Assembly: GCF_000150275.1 (NCBI RefSeq)
Contig: NW_002060946.1
Location: 4,917,454 to 4,981,453 of the forward strand
Source: Trichoplax adhaerens
Taxonomy: Eukaryota; Animalia; Placozoa
Length of the DNA stretch: 64,000 nt
Direction of reading: 5' to 3'
The notes beneath the pieces were generated by a model. The model was not told where the DNA came from. It did not search any database and worked only from the letters and a program-made list of their open reading frames with translations. Both the position numbers and the translations under genes were made by a program. This document shows, in pieces, positions 43,618 through 57,474 of the stretch. Position 1 is the stretch's first letter; each line of letters opens with the position of its first letter.

Positions 43618-46342
43618 ATTTTTATCGCTTACGAAAGTAGCTACGCTACATTGGGTTGCATATTATCCTCAGCCATTAGCGTAGTTTCTGACTACTCTAT
43701 ACAGGAGCTCTAGTATTACGCTCATTAACGAGTTAGGGTTTGTTTTGACAATTGTTTGCCTGATTAAACTTAGCCTACATTTTCGTTTTTAAGGTTAAAG
43801 GGTCAGTATTAGTCGCTAAGATATGCTAGTGGCTTTTATAACGATAGTTGACTGATCAACAACATTTTAATATTTAGAGTGATAAAATCAATTATTAGAA
43901 TTGTATATGGCTACAGCATTCAATAAATTTAATATTTAAACGATAAATCTTGATTCTATAAATTGAAATTGTACTCGAAAAGCATTATTATATAGTGAAA
44001 TTATGGATAAATATCATTAAGATCATCATCAAAGTCGTATTTTGATCGAATATTTTAATTTAGATTGCTAGCAAGAACATTAAAGATTAGGAAGGTTGCT
44101 TCAACACCTTGCAGTATCAATATTGGATTTCGATCGTTCTCTTATTGAGATACTTGCATTGCTATTGGGGTTGGCAGTAATTTTGGCGATTTCTTTTGTG
44201 ATTAGCATTCGATTGGAATTACTGGTATGAACGAAGAGATTAATACAGTACAACAAATGTAGATTTTGAGCTTCTATCTCAAGTCTGGAGGGATAGTTTA
44301 CTTTATGTTGAGATAATGCACTTCCATTAGAGAAAGTTTAAATCTTCATTAAAAAAATCATTGAGAAAAGATTAAATCGCTAAGAATTTGATTTATACAC
44401 CTATATTAGGGCTATTTGCCTATATACTGTTCAACATACATGTTCTAATTTATATATACGTACGGTGTATTTGTCCTTGGTATATATCAGTAGTCATGAA
44501 AATGTAGTGAGTAAGTATGAACTACTGATCTCTTTCTACTAACGTATTAGGGTTGGTGTTAGATCATTGATATCTATCTCTATTTCATTAGCGATTTCGA
44601 TGAGTAGCCTTTTATTTTACTGTGGATGTGAAGTATCTAATCCGCTCATTGGCATTTAGAATATTGCAACGTAATTTTAAATTTTGTAGCATTTTAAATC
44701 TTAGGTGACAGTCAGCAGTTACTTCGTACTAGTATTAACAGAATATAGCGTAAGATCAGATTTGACTGGCACTTTCAATATAATCAAAGTCTCTCTGTTT
44801 ATCTCCTAGTATGCGGTAGTACTGCCGTAGTAGTGGTTTATACTACATAATGAGGCTCTGGGGGCTATGATTAGACTAGACAAATATGAAAAATTTTGTC
44901 CTTTTTATCAAACACTTTCCCGACAGCTAAATTTCAAGATTAGTGTACTGTACTACTATCGATGGTGGGTATGAGATTGCAGTAGAGATTGGAGTATCTC
45001 AGGTAAACTGGCATTTACACTTTAAGTGGACGCCAAGAAGCTAATTAATAGTACTGATAGGCTTACATAAACGCTGCCTGAACGTTTTATAGATTCATTC
45101 TTATTCTTTTCATATATGCCACGTAATAAAATGATCATAGCAAGTAAAAATGATTATCTCAACTAGTATAAGTTATATGTATACCTATAACATATACTTT
45201 AATAAATTTAGTAGCTAAGGCTAATCAACGCTTGCATGATTCGTTTATAGCTTAAAAATATAAACAAGTAATAAGGTAATAAATACGATACAAACAACAA
45301 TATAGATAAGGTAATCATTGGGTTCTGCCTGCTATAGTCACGTAATCAATTCCTTTTTAGTCTATAGCTTTGGCGAAAGTCGATTGAATTTGAACTAACT
45401 TTATCCGTTATCAAATTGTTAAAAGTCTATTTTGCTGTAATAGAAAGTTGAGTAAAATATGCTTTGGACTCATGCGACTGAAAAGCGCAATTCTGTACAC
45501 TTTATGTTAAATGAATATTGCAAGGCACTATCATGCCACTGTCCTCATTAGAGGATACATGATTGTGAAATTAAATTTTAACATATTTGGATAGCCAATA
45601 ATCAGATCACTGTTGTACAGTATGTAGAGAATACAATGGTGGTGATATCAGTGTTGATAGTGAAAAGGTATGTTTTCACCAATGAGAAGTCGTTGTAGCA
45701 AGTACTACTTGATTTATACGTTAATGATTGATATAGTTATTTTTCTGTTAATCTTAATGAGCTATAATGATTTTGGTGGTGAAAATTGATGCTTTGAGTG
45801 ATGCTAACTATCGCTTTGTCTTAGCGACTAAAAGAGCTGATTAATTTGTAGTGTTATTCTATTTCCTGCAATAGTCACAGTAGATAAACTTTACCGAATA
45901 GTAATCGTATTATGCATTATCGATTATCAAAGTAAACAACTGCGGTAAGAAGATTTACCTACATTACTGGTTCTAATTGGTAATACATTGTAGCTATTAA
46001 TGATTAGTATGTATTGTATTCGTACAGTATTATTAATCATCTCAGTACGATCTTACTGAACGCGTATTTATGCTGCGTTATTAATTAGCTGATTGTCAAG
46101 GTTAGTGGTTAGCAGTAATAATGTTAAAAGCTTATTCAGTTATTGAATACGTAAGTCAAACATTTTTATTACGTATCTTATCATACGACGCTATAATTTG
46201 GGGTAACTTTGCAAATATGAATTACAAAGCTACGAAACAAAATAAAAAAAAATGATACCGCAAGACAGTCCGAGAGCCTGAAAGGCCTCAAAATGAAATA
46301 AACCAAAAAAAAAGCGGGAGAAAAACTTCGTTGCCGTAGGTC

Positions 46343-49300
46343 TTATCGGCTGTAAGGGTGATAACCGGATGCTTGTGATCCAGTATATCCAGCGGCTCTG
46401 ACTGGGCCATAACGGCTGCTAGAGTCTGTCAAAGTTGAAGATATTACAATATTTAAAATCAATTGTTTAATGGCGTTACAGTTGAGAAATATGCAATAGT
46501 ACTAGTTAATATAATGCTCGCCTGGGTACGACGCAGATTCTCGTCCTCGTCCTGCACCACTAGCCACAGTACTATTAGGACTGCTAGTATTACCGTATTG
46601 AAAATCAGCAGAGCCATAATTTCCAGGATAAGCAGCTTGGTAGCCTACATAGGCAGCGGTGGTAGTATAACTAGGATAAGCAGCGTACGGATATCCTTGG
46701 TAGTAATTAGGGTAAGCTTGTTGGTACTGGGCATTAGGATAACCAGAATATTGAGCGCTTTTACCGCGGCTTGCTTGATCTTTTGGAGTGGCACGTTTGA
46801 TTTCCACCTGCATATTTAGCAAAATAGGAAAAATGCCACTAATATTATTACGGACAAGAAAATGACACAGTACAATAGCAAGCATTTTATTGTTGTATCT
46901 CACGAACCTGGCGCCCAGAGACTACATGAAATTGCTTTTCACAAGCTTTATCTACAGCTTCTTCGGTATCAAAACTTAAAAAGCAAAAACCTACAAAATG
47001 TAAAAAAAGTTAGACAATCTAATCTACTGTTTATGCCAATCGAGTAAGATAGGTTCATACCGCGACGTTTCCTTGTAAGCTTATCAGTAACAAACTCAAC
47101 ATCCAAGATCTAATGTTATTGGAAATATATTAATGTTGTGTTGTGTACAATTAAATTGAATCGCATTTGCCTAGCGGTTAAGTTTATGTTTGCTTACATT
47201 TCCAAATTCGCTAAAAAATTCTTTTAAGCTACTTTCAGTATGTTCAGCACCTAAGCCACCAATAAATATCTTCTTAGTTCTATGTTGCCCCTAATGAAAT
47301 AAAGCATATTTTATAATCCATGAAGAGATTATACCATGAATACTCCTCTAACTGTACTGGTAAGAAGTAGTTTAAAGCCGGTAAACATGTAAAATACGTG
47401 TAGTAAACAAGTCTTATCTTCCTACCTTAAGTTGTATTTGTTTATGAAGAGGTAAAGCACGTTTAGGATCAACCTGTATTAACAGTCAATGAATCAGAAA
47501 TTGTTATGATAGCCGTATTAATCAATAATAGATTCTTCAGTCATCATTCACTACTGTGTACTTCTACGCGTATACGTACAGTTCTGTTATCCAACTGATG
47601 TGGGCCACTTTCGAGAACCTAAAGATGGAAAACAATTTTAAAGAAACACTGAGTATTATTAGTTAGGGGATCTCAGAAAGGACGCTCTGTGTTATCACCT
47701 TGTCAACGTCAGCAGGATTAGCGAAAGTCACGAATGCGAAACCCCTGTAATAATTTCGATTATGATACTCTTAATTGATTGTAGTCATGGGTCGATATTT
47801 AGTAAAATAACGATTCAAAATAAAAACTCCTATTCTATAACATGGACTTTACCTTGAACGGTGAGTTATTGGATCATTTTTAATTGTTGAGCTTACGATA
47901 GTACCAAATTTAGAAAAATACTTTTGTAATCCCTCTAACATAATTAATCAAAAGAGATTGATATCAATTTGGATGTCAACTTGTTGGAATAAACAAATCG
48001 CGATAAATTGAATGGCTTATCCGAATTTAAAATTCTAGCCGATAATAAAGATAAAAGAGATTTCAATTGCATTATACATTTTACCTTCAGTAGTTTCCCA
48101 ATTTAAGCCGCCAATGAACATTTTGCTGTGAGATGAATTTATAGAGATTGAACAGAAAAGTCATTATTAGTACGGCGAAATGATGTACGTATTCTTATTT
48201 ATGACTATGCATATGGTGGCATGATGCTACATTATGCAGGAAAGTGGCAAGATGCAAGTAGTGCTTAGATCTCATAACGCTACAGTATTCTTATTTGGCG
48301 GCTCTAGTCCTCATCCATGTCTTGATCAATTGTGCGTTAAATTTGATGTATCCATTAACGCTACATTCATACCGATCGTTGGTGATCATTTGCTATAGGT
48401 GAGTAGTTAGCAAGGTGTAGATGACTGTACTACACGCAACCAATGGGTTTCGTAATTTCTATCTTGAATACAATTATTATACTAATAAATAGACCTATTC
48501 TGTTGATTAAAGTGTTGTTGAATTTGATTACTACTTTCTGAAGGAAGGTAAAACGATATTGTCGAGTAGGATTACATTGTTTATAATTGGATGCCGTCTA
48601 TTGATGTCGTTTGCACGTAACGCTTAGACCGTAGTAATGTTGAGTTTTCCATTAGTTAATGTAGACCTCTGTTGGTCGGTTGACTTGAAATGGATACAAA
48701 TTATAACAGTGACTACAGCAACTGTACAATACATTTACTTTATTGATATTATCTATCGTTACATGTATAAGAGAGAGTTGTTGTAAAAAGGTCTAGACGT
48801 CTTTCTCTTTAACCCAGCAGATACGAGTATCATCCCATCATGTTATTGTGTCTATTTTTTTATAGGAACATTTTCTATTATGGCTCGATAAACGTATACT
48901 GTATGTTAAGTCGACACCACTTTCAATGTTCAAGATACAAGAATATGGTGAAAAGTTGTCAGTTTCAATCGTTTCATTAGGGACGTATGTGATGATTTGA
49001 TCGTTAATTAAGAGAATACGCTATCACGAGTTCTCCATTGCGGCCGATGAGTGTCCGTTGAAAGTTTAATGGAAGTTTTTCAAGTTGGATTGTGATTTTG
49101 GGGTTTATTTTTTTTTTTATTTTTGACTGTAGTAAAAGTTAAACTATTAACGTGCTTCCTTTCTGATGAGATTTGAATACTGTAGAAAGATTTCGATTGG
49201 AGTATTTTGAACGACTTTGACCATGATTAAGTTTGCAGTTTGTACAAGGTGTCCAAGACGTCGATGGTTATTTTCAAGACTCATAGAAAGTCTATTACTA

Positions 49301-49986
49301 CGATTGACGAATTTTTGATAGCATTACAGTCACTATTCGTCTTTCAATGCATCGTCAAGGAAATTTTACTTGTTGCAAAGGAAGCGATGAACGTTAACAA
49401 AAGGAATTCTGACTCTGGGAAGTAGACCAACAGTGGGAAATTTTTCTTCTTCTTCATAGTGATCGTCTACACCACTACAATAGGATTGTACCCTAGTACA
49501 GTATGGGATCATGCTATCGATCGTTGCAAGTCCGTTTTGCTTGATTGTATTATGGTCAAAGGATCGATTTTGGCTCATTTCTTGGCTATTCAAGGGTATC
49601 AAGCTATTAAGCTATGAAGAAAGTTTTTAGTCCTAACCGAAAGTACTACAACACTTGAAAGGTGATGGAAAAAAAAGAGGAGAGTTATCTAGGTTGAGCG
49701 TTCTCCATCTTGCTGACTACTGTAACGTCTGTATAGAAAAGAGTATCATCAAGGCGAAAGGGGGGGGGGAAAGAGGAAGCAAGTGTACAAGACTTGTAAA
49801 CTCCATTTGCCACTGAAAGAAAATCCACTTAGATCCACACTAAAACTGTCAATAACAACACTCTCTACCATTACAAACTCTAGATATCTACCCTTCTTCG
49901 TTCTCAGCACCGTTCTTATTAGCGCCATTATCTGGTGACATGCTAGCAGGATCCGATGTCCCGGTATAAATTTCCGCTTCGGCCAT
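46343..49986 (-). CDS. Two-RRM hnRNP D/AB (Squid)/DAZAP1-family RNA-binding protein with Tyr/Gln-rich tail
   Basis: First exon 49986-49892 (MAEAEIY..NEEG); RRM1 KMFIGGLNWETTEEGL..DPITHRSRGFAFVTF; RRM2 KKIFIGGL..KRRGFCFLSF..VEIKRATPK; Y/Q/A-rich tail; last exon 46425-46343 ends GYHPYSR*. Confidence 0.88.
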
Positions 49987-50228
49987 CTTGTGTGATGATG
50001 TTGTAGCTACAGTACGTACGGTACCTGTCGTTGGGGTGAAGTGACAATTTCCACCGCGATGCTTGGCTGTACTGTACCCTGTGCGCAGGTCAACTGGTCA
50101 CAACGGGTCAGCTTGAAGCAAGTCAAGCGTGTAGCGTCTACCGTCCCTTGACTCTACTGCTCTCTATGATAGCTAGTGTATGCGCTAGAATGGCAACGCA
50201 AGCAGCCACGGTTACAGTAGGTTGACGC

Positions 50229-50562
50229 CACAGCTATTGTTGGCTTCAAGGTACAGTGGGGTGAAAAAATGCCACTTCACCTCACCCTACGGTCGTACTA
50301 CTCATTCACGACGACGCAGCTATTGTTGGCTTCAAGGTACAGTAGGGTGAAAACATGCCACTTCACCTCACCCTACGGTCGTACTACTCATTCAGGACGA
50401 CACAGCTATTGTTGGCTTCAAGGTACAGTGGGGTGAAAACATGCCACTTCACCTCACCCTACGGTCGTACTACTCATTCAGGACGATACAGCTATTGTTC
50501 GCTTCAAGGTACAGTGGGGTGAAAAAATACCACTTCACCTCACCCTACGGTCATACTACTGA
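50229..50562. repeat. 86-bp minisatellite, 4 copies, in the hnRNP/DNAJB12 intergenic region
   Basis: CAGCTATTGTTGGCTTCAAGGTACAGT(G/A)GGGTGAAAA(A/C)ATGCCACTTCACCTCACCCTACGGTCGTACTACT; units start at 50229, 50315, 50401 and 50487. Confidence 0.95.
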
Positions 50563-50689
50563 TTCAAGACGCTATGGTTGATGGATGTACCCAGATGATG
50601 AGCAAGTTGTAAGCCAAACGAAGGAGAGAGTTTTTTCTCTTAGTAAATGCCTGCTCGCTGGGTGTAGTACGAGATACTCGATAGTACTG

Positions 50690-52050
50690 GATTACAGTGT
50701 ACAGTACAGTAACTTGGCGTACTTTTAGGAATAGACTGTACTGTACACTGTACAGTGCAGCTTTTTGACACCACTGTACACTGTACACTCAGTACAGTAG
50801 TAGTAACACAAGAAAGTTTTTCAACATTTTCTACTGCTAGTACTGTATGGGGGGCGGCCCACAACCATGCAGTACTACGACCAGAAAATCCAGTGTATAC
50901 TTAATGACAGTCCAAGGCAGCTAACAGTATGTTGCCATCATAGCCACTAGCGTCCACTCCAACGCAAGAGAAGGACTAGACAGTGGACACGGCCCAAAGC
51001 TGCTCCCAAAATAGGAAGGCTGACTTTTATGGGTAGTAGTCATTTTACAGTACGCTACGACTGGAACCTTGCGCCGTACTGCGCAAAATCAACCTGCTAG
51101 CGGAGTACGGTCGTAAGTACTGTACACAGTGCACAGTAAATGTACTGTACACTGTAGACTCTGCCAAGGACTACTAAAAAAGAAAGAGGCCGAGACCAGG
51201 ATAGGAAAGGCTAGACCTGATTGTTGGCGATGCTAACAACGGCGAGGCTATTTGCTTTACTGGTCATTTCAAGTGTATCGCATATCTGTAACGGTACACT
51301 ATACTGTCTACGTTGGACGTGCAAATTAGCTGCTATTAGCCCGCTAGCTTGGTTTTGTGCAGTATAGTATGCGGTTTCTTCGGTAGCGTGGAGTAGAATG
51401 AGGCAAAAAATGATAAGCCTGCATATTATTTTGCAATGTGGTCGTTTCTCTGTCCAGTCCTCTTTCTTTTTAGTAGTCCTGACGATACAGTTGCGTATGG
51501 CCTTCTAGATTAGGTAGTCGTGGTACAGTATATAGCGTACGCTTACCGATGGTCAGTATTGCCGACGATCGTCTCCTATCCCCCTTTGTCTTCTTTCCAG
51601 TAGTTCCTGATGATACTGTAGTCAGTTAGTTATAATATCAGGCGAGTTAACAAGCACAAGTACAGCACTGTACAGTACATAAAGTAAGGGTTAGGAAATA
51701 ATCAAGTCCACCAGCCATTTTTTTTCCTAGGATGACGCCTGTACTGTACAGTGTACAGTGTACAGTGTACAGTACTGTATGTCCAATTCGACACGAAACC
51801 TTATAAAATACTGTACAGTACTCTACTGTACAGTGTACACTGTACAGTACAATACTATAAAAGACTGTACTCCCTAGTCAGTAGAATGTGAGTAATGAAA
51901 TTTCATACTCAACGTGGTACAGCTCGCTCTTACTTAGTACCTTGGATAGCGCGACGACTGACTGAGCTGAGATTGTCCTTGATTCATTTTCGAGGACTTT
52001 TGAGTACTGTACTGTACACTGTACTACTGTACTGTAGTACTGTAGCATAG
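50690..52050. promoter_or_regulatory. Putative divergent promoter (hnRNP / DNAJB12) with TACAGT arrays
   Basis: Arrays at 50695-50845, 51115-51155 and 51660-52045, including (GTACAGT)n at ~51745-51775 and a perfect 26-bp palindrome at 51824-51849. Lies between the head-to-head ATGs at 49986 and 52371. Confidence 0.55.
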
Positions 52051-52370
52051 TAGCACACTGTCCATCGCCATTTTAATGTACCAGTGCTCCCCAAAATATC
52101 CAAAGCAGTTGTCGTACGTGACGTAAAAAATCAACTTACTCTATTAACACATCACCACACTCAATCACGACATCTCTTTTACACACAATGTCCGGTACTG
52201 TGCTTGTCCTGCGCTATGACTCGAGGTGAGTGTGAAGCCTCAAGTCAACCACACGACAGTACACTACAGTACAGTGTCAGTCACCACTTGACTCACTTGA
52301 CAGGTGTACAGACTGTATACGGTATAGTACGCACACTCCATGCGCAGAGGCAGACGATATCGGTACCAAA

Positions 52371-55300
52371 ATGGAAGGCAATAAAGATGAGGCTTCGCGT
52401 TGCCTATCTCTAGCAAAAAGAATGTTTCTCGAGGGAAACCTAGAGAAAGCTCTCAAATTTGCCAACAAGAGTAATCGTCTCTATCCGTCCAGGCCAGCTG
52501 CTGGTATAGTATATTATTTTTTTCCATATCAAATCATCTATTCTGCATACATTATTTCATTTTCTCAATTTTACCAATGCGGCTATCAAATACAAGGCAG
52601 TGAATGGAGCCAGTCAATACTGGACTCTACTCGTTTTCCAATACAGTAGCGTTCAACACGTTGATGGTATCTTTTACACCCATGATCATAGACATGACTA
52701 CAGAATATACACATTAAAGTTAGTGTAATGGAATAGTCGCTACAGTCAAGCAATTCTATGCCAAATAAACGGTAGAAAAGTAGACAAATGCGAGGTGAAA
52801 TGGCTGGCCACTACGCATTCGCTGTCGTCACTCTAGTTGTGTGTCAACCACGATGGATCATCACTAGGGTTGCGTAGAAACCGATTCTTCATCGATAGAT
52901 TGGAAGAGTGATGAGGACGATAGTAGTCGTAATAGGAATATCAGCCCAAGGTGTAAGATACATTAATGGAATCAGCTTGGTGTTAGTGTGGATAGATACT
53001 GTTCTTTATGAACCGACAATCTACGTATTCTTACTTACTGTACAGTCTACTTAGAATGGCAATCATGGAAAGGAAATCACTTCGGCCATCTTATCGCTCG
53101 CTATCTATCCATGATGATTATTGTTAACAAACTACCATTGGATATTGGGTACATGACTGTACAAAGTGGATAATAGTATGATCCTTCTTCTTAATTGCTA
53201 ATACTCTTACTCGATAGTCGGAGGAGACTATAGGCTATAGTTTTCGTCAATGCAAGATGATTAATTGAGTGTTGAGAAGGTGCTGTAGCATACGGTAAGA
53301 TAAAGGTTGGAAAGGGCCGTTTTGTATGTTGTCGTCAACACGGATGACTATTACTTTGACTGTTAGTAAGGGGATTTGATCGTACTTTTAGATGTTGTAA
53401 AATTTAGATATGCTATATTGATCGCCAGGATAATAAATTTTGTATCAGTGTCATCCATAGCAATAACATTGATATGATAGATATATTACAATAGCCTAGT
53501 ACTGTCTTCGAGTACTGTCGTGTATGTTGATGCTTGTTGTAAAGCTATCGAATTAATTATCATCATTGAGTAGTTAACCAGTAGCTGACATCTAGCCAGC
53601 CTAGCTTATAAAAATAATCATTTCTTACTGAAATTGTAAAACTACAACGATGATGGAAAACAGTCTGCAGTGCTCTGTTGTGGCAGTCCATCATTTTCAT
53701 ATCACATCGGTAGGATAGTTATACTGTACTAGGGACTTCTCTCTTGAAATGTCCCCGGTTATGCTTAGTAACCCTTTCAATAATCTTGGCCATTTGAAAA
53801 TTAATAGTTGTACCACATCGGTTTCTTACTAATGGTATAGCTAATTAAATAAGATAAGAGGCTGATGCTTTATTAAGATACAGAAACTTGCAGTAAAGTG
53901 GAATATGTTATCGTACTCACTTCGTCTCTTACGCAATACATACTCTATCATACAAGGATGGTAATTGGAATGCGGGTAGTAATTCTCCGTATGTTAGATG
54001 ACTCTACAGGTTTAAATGGTGACAGTATAAAATCAGTGATAAAGTTATAACTGAAATGGACGAAATACCAACTAAAAATGTCAAGGGATCCCATTTCTAT
54101 CACTATCAAAGATAATAATTCGAGTGTCTGGTAATGAGAGGGATAACAATAAAGCTGCATCATTTCCAAACAGAGTTCGACATTGAAGTTTAGCCATTAA
54201 ACTAATGAATGAGCATGTACTGTCCGAGTTACTATTTTATGATGCATTGTACGATGTTATAATGTGTGATTGATTACTTATTGAAAAGTCTATCTTATTG
54301 CTATAGCAAACGGTAGGAATGTAGTCAAGCATGGGTTCAAAATTTAGTTCCCCGCATAGTCAACTTGTTCAATAGTTGATGTATTGATATCCATCAAAAA
54401 TAGATTCTATCCTGTTACGACACAGCATTATGTTTTAGTAAGTCGTATTGCCTATACCCTATTACGACATGTTGTCTTGATTTTGTCATTGATGCTTTAA
54501 TTTTTAGAGTTATTACATGAAATTAATGAACGATCCAAAAGTGATGGCAGTAATAAGAAAGAAACTCCTGAAAATAATAATATTAGAAATAGGAAAGTAA
54601 GGACTAATCAAAGAGAAGATAACACAGCAGATAGTAATCAAAAGAAGAATTATACTCCAGAACAGCTAGATGCTGTCAAAAGGTTTTTGTTGCATAAATG
54701 ATTACCAAATATTTATTATATATTAAATTCTAAAGTTAAATGCAATACTCTGATGACTAATAGACGACCTTGCTATCGGAGTATATCATCTAATTTAATA
54801 TATGCAATATGCGTGATTTAGAGTTACGTATTAAATAATCTTGGCCTAATTTTTGTAATGTTGTGCGATAATCCTTTATACTACAGAATCAAAACTTGTA
54901 AAGATTATTATCAAATACTTGGCGTAGAGAAAGATGCTACCAAGGTTGATTTGAAGAAAGCATATAGAAAGGTAAACGCTGACAATGTGCAATCATGATC
55001 TAATAATCAGCTTAAAGTCTCGTTTATCTATTAGTTTTGAATTAAATTCAGTATACAGTAACTCGCTATCGTATATACCTGTAATCATACGTTGTTGGGC
55101 AAGAAAAGGAAATCTATAATGCTAGAAAAATGTCACATTCATGACGCATACGATTGTTCGTATTAACTTAATCGCGTTGTACCTCTTTAATACTACGTAT
55201 ATACCTGTAATCACACGTTGTTGGGCAAGAGAAGGAATTCTAATGCCAGAAAAATATCACATTCATGATGCATAAGATTGTTCACATTAACTTAATCGCG

Positions 55301-57474
55301 TTGTACCTCATTAGTACTACGTATAGATTGCTTTTATATAACACTCATATTTAAAAATCATCATCAGTTTTTAGTTAAAATACGATATGGTTGTAATTGA
55401 AAGCAATTTTTGATCACTTCATATAGTTGGCTCTACAACTACATCCTGATAAAAATGTGGCACCTGGTGCTTCAGAAGCTTTTAAAGGTATGACTTTAGC
55501 AATTTGCGTCGATTAAGCTATATGAAGTCTATTACCTATTGCGATACTACACCATTAGCTTAGTAGTCTACAGCTGATATTAAAGTCTAAAAGAATATGG
55601 TAACCTCAATCTTGTTATACGGTACTGCATTGTTTTGAAGTAGTTATCAAAGAGTTTTGCTGTTTTCGTTACCGGGCAGTATACTGTCAGTACAACTCTA
55701 GTATGGCTGATGATGTATTACCTTGAACTTTTGTGCAATGGCAAACTTTTAATAAACGACATCTTTTAATAGCTGTTAGTAATGCATTCGGAGTACTAAA
55801 TGATGATCAGAAGAGGCGTCGTTATGATCAATTCGGAGAGGAAAAAGATGTTCCAACACAGCATTATCGTGAATATTATACTAATGATTTTGAATGTAAG
55901 TTTAATTGTATCATGAGGCATTGCGATAGTTTTGTAACTGATCGTTACATCTATATCTTACGGAGAAAATATTTTACTTTAATAATATTTTTTGGCTAAT
56001 TTAGCTGATATTTCGCCAGAGGATTTATTTAATATGTTCTTCGGAGGTAGCTTTCCTTCAGGAGGTATGTTGTGCCCATTATACCGCTGTTGTTAATGCT
56101 TGTTAATTGCCATATGATTTCAAATAAAGATTTTTTTATGCGTAATGGTGTAATCTGACAATTAAGTAGCTGTAATTTTGTGCTTGACAAAGCTATACCT
56201 GTTGATACATTAAATATTTTAAAGTTTTAAACTAATGATACATCACTAAATTTGCCCCAATCATATAATTCTTGCCATGAAAGTGATGGGGTAATTAATA
56301 AAATTAAAAGTTAAAAATCTTGAATAATTGGGCACGTATGCTTCTCCATTTTAGGGCGTGTATATGTTCATAGGAATCATCGACGTAGTAGTCGCCCTAG
56401 ATATCATCAGGAACAAGAAGAACCAGCTGTAAGTTCTGTTATTTACTGAAATAATTTATATTATATTAAATAGTCATTAATGGTATAGCAGCTTTGAAAG
56501 TATTTAGCTGTATCTTTGGTTTACGGTATATTATGTAATAATTTGGTGTATGATTTTTTCCTAAGAAGTGAATAAAATAACATTACGCATATTTCATTTT
56601 ACGATGGTGCAACTTCGTACAACTAACACTTATTTTCGTATCTGGGGTTAGATGCCCTCATCACATGAATAAAAATTTGCGAGTAGTATACAATACATTG
56701 TACAGAATATTGTATTTATTTATATTCTATCGTTGGCTATGTACTGTACTGAGAGTAATTAGCGTTATGTTTGATGATTTCTGCTTGTATTTAGAGTAGT
56801 AACTTATTTGAAAGTGCGCGCGTTTCCGATAGTCGCCTATTTTCTAGAATTTACTTGCTAATCTCTTATTACTTTATTTTAAATTTTTTATGCAGACATT
56901 TAATTGGCTTCCAGCTTTGCAATTTGTGCCTATATTAATATTGTTTTTAATGGGCGTAATAAGCCCTTTACTAGTGGATCCATCTCCTTATAGTTTATCT
57001 CGTTCTTTGTAAGTTGACTAAATTTTCTGCAATGCCTCAATGTATTGCATTGTTCAATATAAGTTCTATTTTTTAATTTTGTTTTACATTTGAATGATAC
57101 GATGACTTAACGCATTTGTAGGTATTATCCTCAGCAACGATCTACTGCTGATGGTGTTAGCTATTATGTTGCTAGTAATTTTGAACGTAAGTTCGATTCT
57201 GCCAAGATATACGAAATTGAAAATGATGTAAAAAGAGAGTACTTAGGACTGTTGCAAGAAAGATGCTGGCGGGATAAGCGACAACGTATGTTGTAATATG
57301 AAACAGTTAAACTGTTCATTTATTTATGTGCTTAGTAAATACTTACAGCTTTCATGTTAATTAGGGGAACTATTGATTCACCAAGCGAAGCTTTGGGGAG
57401 ATGAGAAAAAAATAGAAGAATATAAGACAATGACTTTACGTTCTTGCAATGAATTGGAACGACTCGTGTCATAA
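52371..57474 (+). CDS. DNAJB12: DnaJ homolog subfamily B member 12/14 (ER membrane J-protein)
   Basis: MEGNKDEASRCLSLAK..LYPS N-terminus; NYTPEQLDAVKRIKTCKDYYQILGV; J-domain LALQLHPDKNVAPGASEAFK; ISPEDLFNMFFGG; TM segment LQFVPILILFLMGVI; DUF1977-like tail ending RSCNELERLVS*. It is the co-orthologue of DNAJB12 and DNAJB14. Confidence 0.92.
55070..55326. repeat. ~125-bp tandem duplication in a DNAJB12 intron
   Basis: CGTATATACCTGTAATCA(T/C)ACGTTGTTGGGCAAGA... starts at 55070 and 55196, with a CGTATA remnant at 55320. Confidence 0.9.

Noticed and set aside
50229-50562. CRISPR-like array (also considered for 15692-15848 and 62707-63854)
   Set aside because: Whole units are repeated with no unique spacers, there are no cas genes, and the context is eukaryotic.
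52504-54508. Intronic C/D snoRNAs in the long DNAJB12 intron 1 (RTGATGA at ~52909 and ~53112)
   Set aside because: No suitably spaced CTGA D box or terminal stem is visible.
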